From the NCBI GenBank assembly GCA_002269645.1, contig NIVC01000426.1, positions 124,001 to 188,000 of the forward strand: a stretch of DNA of 64,000 bases, in the 5' to 3' direction. Under the pieces are notes generated by a model, which ran no database searches, was not told the DNA's origin, and saw nothing but the letters and a program-made list of their open reading frames with translations. Positions 60,780 through 64,000 of the stretch are shown piece after piece (position 1 is the first letter of the stretch; each line of letters opens with the position of its first letter). Made by a program: the position numbers and the translations under genes. Origin of the DNA: Macrostomum lignano. Taxonomy: Eukaryota.

Positions 60780-63700
60780 TCACTTCTTTCCTTTATTATT
60801 GCCCTTGTTTTTCTTTTTCTTGCCGCCGGGCGTAAAGCCGGTGACATATTTCTTAGAAATCTGATAGTCCTCCGTGAGCAGCCGGTACAGGTAAGCCAGC
60901 TGGTCGCCTTGCACTGACACCACCTCGCCGGAGCCTCCGCCGGTGGGCGCCGACTGTACACCCGCGCTGACTGAGAGCGCGCGCTGCACCCGTTTAGCGA
61001 ACTGCACCGCGTCCACCCCGAAGTCGGGCAGGCCGGCCAGCAGGCTCACGCACTTGTTCGACGCGCGCGACTCGACGCGCATCGATACGCGCGGAGCGGC
61101 GCCGCGCCGTTCCAGCAAGACGGCGCCGTGACAGTCCAGCACCCTGTAGCCTGGTGTCATGCAAGCCGAGCACACCTGTGAATGGTGTTGGCTGTACTGT
61201 GAATGGTGTTGGCTGTACTGTGAATGGTGTTGGCTGTACTGTGAATGGTGTTGGCTGTACTGTGAATGGTGTTGGCTGTACTGTGAATGGTGTTGGCTGT
61301 ACTGTGAATGGTGTTGGCTGTACTGTGAATGGTGTTGGCTGTACTGTGAATGGTGTTGGCTGTACTGTGAATGGTGTTGGCTGTACTGTGAATGGTGTTG
61401 GCTGTACTGTGAATGGTGTTGGCTGTACTGTGAATGGTGTTGGCTGTACTGTGAATGGTGTTGGCTGTACTGTGAATGGTGTTGGCTGTACTGTGAATGG
61501 TGTTGGCTGTACTGTGAAGGGTGTTGGCTGTACTGTGAATGGTGTTGGCTGTACTGTGAATGGTGTTGGCTGTACTGTGAATGGGTGTTGGCTGTACTGT
61601 GAATGGTGTTGGCTGTACTGTGAATGGTGTTGGCTGTACTGTGAATGGTGTTGGCTGTACTGTGAATGGTGTTGGCTGTACTGTGAATGGTGTTGGCTGT
61701 ACTGTGAATGGTGTTGGCTGTACTGTGAATGGTGTTGGCTGTACTGTGAATGGTGTTGGCTGTACTGTGAATGGTGTTGGCTGTACTGTGAATGGTGTTG
61801 GCTGTACTGTGAAGGGTGTTGGCTGTACTGTGAATGGTGTTGGCTGTACTGTGAATGGTGTTGGCTGTACTGTGAATGGGTGTTGGCTGTACTGTGAATG
61901 GTGTTGGCTGTACTGTGAATGGTGTTGGCTGTACTGTGAATGGTGTTGGCTGTACTGTGAATGGTGTTGGCTGAACTGTGAATGGTGTTGGCTGTACTGT
62001 GAATGGTGTTGGCTGTACTGTGAATGAGTTGTTGGCTGTACTGTGAATGGGTCAGATCAGAAAATCAAGCAAATACCTGAAACAGCCGCTCCCAGGACAG
62101 CGAGTCCTCCAGCACAGGCCGGCCGCACTGGCTGGCCAGACGGCTCAGCAAAGCGTCCAGGGTGACCTCGCCCGGCCGGTCTGCCATCTGCGGGCGTTGC
62201 GTTCGGTGTGACTGGTGCATCATCCCCGATCCTCCAGCTGCTACCCCTCTCCGATCCTTCAGCTGCCACCCCTCCCCGATCTTTTAGCTGCCACCCCTCC
62301 CCGATCTTTCAGCTGCCACCCCTCCCCGATCCTTCAGCTGCCACCCCCCCCCCCCCAATCTTTCAGCTGCCACCCCCTCCCTCCTCGATCCTTCAGCTGC
62401 CCCCCTCCCTCCCCGATCCTTCAGCTGCCACCCCCGATCCGTCCCTATTTTATACATATTCGTATCTGTATACAATTTATCCAGATTCGCACATAATATC
62501 CGTTCAAGCTACTTATATGAAAGAAGACATCAGTAGCATATCCCCAGCCACTCACCTGCAATCCCTCAGCCTTAGCGTACTCCGTAATCAACTGTCGGAC
62601 CTGTTTACCAGTCAAGCAGCTGCCTTTGCAGTGGCCCCAACGTTTGAACAGCTCCCCGCTGCTGGCCGTGACGAACAGGACGTCCTCGATGGTCAGCGGG
62701 CCTTCGCCAGCAGCGCCGGAGCCGGCGGCACCAGCAGCCGCCGTCGACGCCGATGCAGCAGCCGGATCAACGTAGGTGAGCGAAGGCTGAAGTTCCACCT
62801 GCAACAGGGGGTGTCGCCAGTTGATTGACACAACCGACATGACACCCTTATCGTTGTTGAGCTCTAACAGACCTTCGTCTTTCATCGCTTGCACAAATGC
62901 TCCAAACTTCTTATAGCTGGTAGCCTTGAGATTTAGCGGGCTGCCGGACGAATACCTGGACATGTAGTTGGCTAGCAGGGAGCTGCACAGTATTGGCAAG
63001 TCTTTGTCGCGGATCTTTTGTAACAAAGAGTGCAATAGGCAGTTCAACAGGTGCCGATCTGCGGACTGAATGGTGGCAGAGTTGGTCAATTACTTCTAGC
63101 CAGGTTCTCTTCTCTTTAACAATTATAATATCACTGAATCTCCCATAAAGGGATTTTTATAATCCACTGAATCTCCCATAGAATTTTTACAATCCACTGA
63201 ATCTCCCATCGAGGGATTTTATAATCCACTGAATCTCCCATCGAGGGATTTTACAATCCACTGAATCTCCCATCGAGGGATTTTACAATCCACTGAATCT
63301 CCCATCAAGGGATTTTTACAATCCACTGAATCTCCCATCAAGGGATTTTTTACAATATACTGAATCTCCCATCAAGGGATTTTTACAATCCACTGAATCT
63401 CCCATCAAGGGATTTTTTTACAATCCACTGAATCTCCCATCAAGGGATTTTTTACAATATACTGAATCTCCCATCAAGAGATTTTTTACAATATACTGTA
63501 ATCTCTTATCAAGAGATTTTTACAATCCACTGAATCTCCCATCAAGGGATTTTTTACAATCCACTGAATCTCCCATCAAGGGATTTTTTACAATCCACTG
63601 AATCTCCCATCAAGGGATTTTTTACAATCCACTGAATCTCCCATCAAGGGATTTTTTACAATCCACTGAATCTCCCATCGAGGGATTTTACAATCTACTG

Positions 63701-64000
63701 AATCTCCCATCAAGGAGATTGAAATAAAAAACTCATTAAATATGCCACCATTCAAGAGTTAACACCTGCAAACGCACCTCTACAGCGGCCTCCGCATCGC
63801 TCTCGCCAGAGTCCTCGTCGAACTGTTCGTTAGGTTTGTTACAGCTTAAGTCCACGGACGCCGCGCCCATCTCTTCGGACAGTTGCGCCACCTTGACTTC
63901 AGCTTCTTCTTCTACAGCAGCGGCAGCGTCGGCAGTCGTGGGGCCGACACTCTGGTCTCCGCGCAGCCACAGCTGATCGCCGATCACGTGATCAACCAGT
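60780..64000 (-). CDS. EIF2D: Eukaryotic translation initiation factor 2D (ligatin), 3' part; exons >64000-63778, 63065-62556, 62187-62077, 61175-60780
   Basis: WH region NCLLHSL...DLPIL...KATSYKKF, SWIB-like VTLDALL...LSWERLF, SUI1 domain RASNKCV...VQGDQ...EDYQISKKYVTG. All junctions are phase 0. Confidence 0.93.
61177..62050. repeat. Intronic 21-bp minisatellite whose last copy supplies the eIF2D acceptor
   Basis: Unit TGTGAATGGTGTTGGCTGTAC, about 40 copies. Confidence 0.97.
62225..62445. repeat. Intronic ~24-bp C-rich repeat
   Basis: GATCYTTCAGCTGCCACCCC variants. Confidence 0.85.
63130..63715. repeat. Intronic ~33-bp minisatellite
   Basis: Unit AATCCACTGAATCTCCCATCAAGGGATTTTTAC. Confidence 0.95.

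Noticed and set aside
61154-62027. Cys/Trp-rich ORFs (WCWLYCE, VNGVGCT) resembling metal-binding or antifreeze repeats
   Set aside because: Antisense translations of the 21-bp eIF2D intron array.

Overview
Eukaryotic (animal) genomic DNA. GC-rich exons, Ala/Gln runs and introns filled with minisatellites suggest a macrostomid flatworm such as Macrostomum lignano (inference, not proven). Ten spliced protein-coding genes could be rebuilt by hand with consistent GT-AG phases: a DEG/ENaC channel (5' exon only), a degenerate calmodulin/myosin-light-chain-like protein, an unrecognised 4-exon gene, Lst2/ZFYVE28, klumpfuss, an alpha-arrestin, an SLC16/MCT-like transporter, an SLC2/GLUT transporter, cathepsin L and eIF2D (3' part). 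There is also a decayed non-LTR RT fragment and three hAT-type MITEs with 8-bp TSDs. More than 30 tandem arrays are present, nearly all with a private unit; most long ORFs in the supplied track are translations of these arrays. Best leads: (1) a Lst2 intron ending in stacked 34-nt GT...AG units, each a copy of the acceptor plus the exon start, with a related case in eIF2D; (2) an ~8-kb AT-rich, satellite-free, MITE-rich domain with reciprocal CpG decay and TpA excess, i.e. a methylation/RIP-like mutation signature; (3) the orphan gene at the edge of that domain; (4) arrays built from TF-motif-like units (TATCGATA, CCAAT). No rRNA, tRNA or CRISPR array was recognised.
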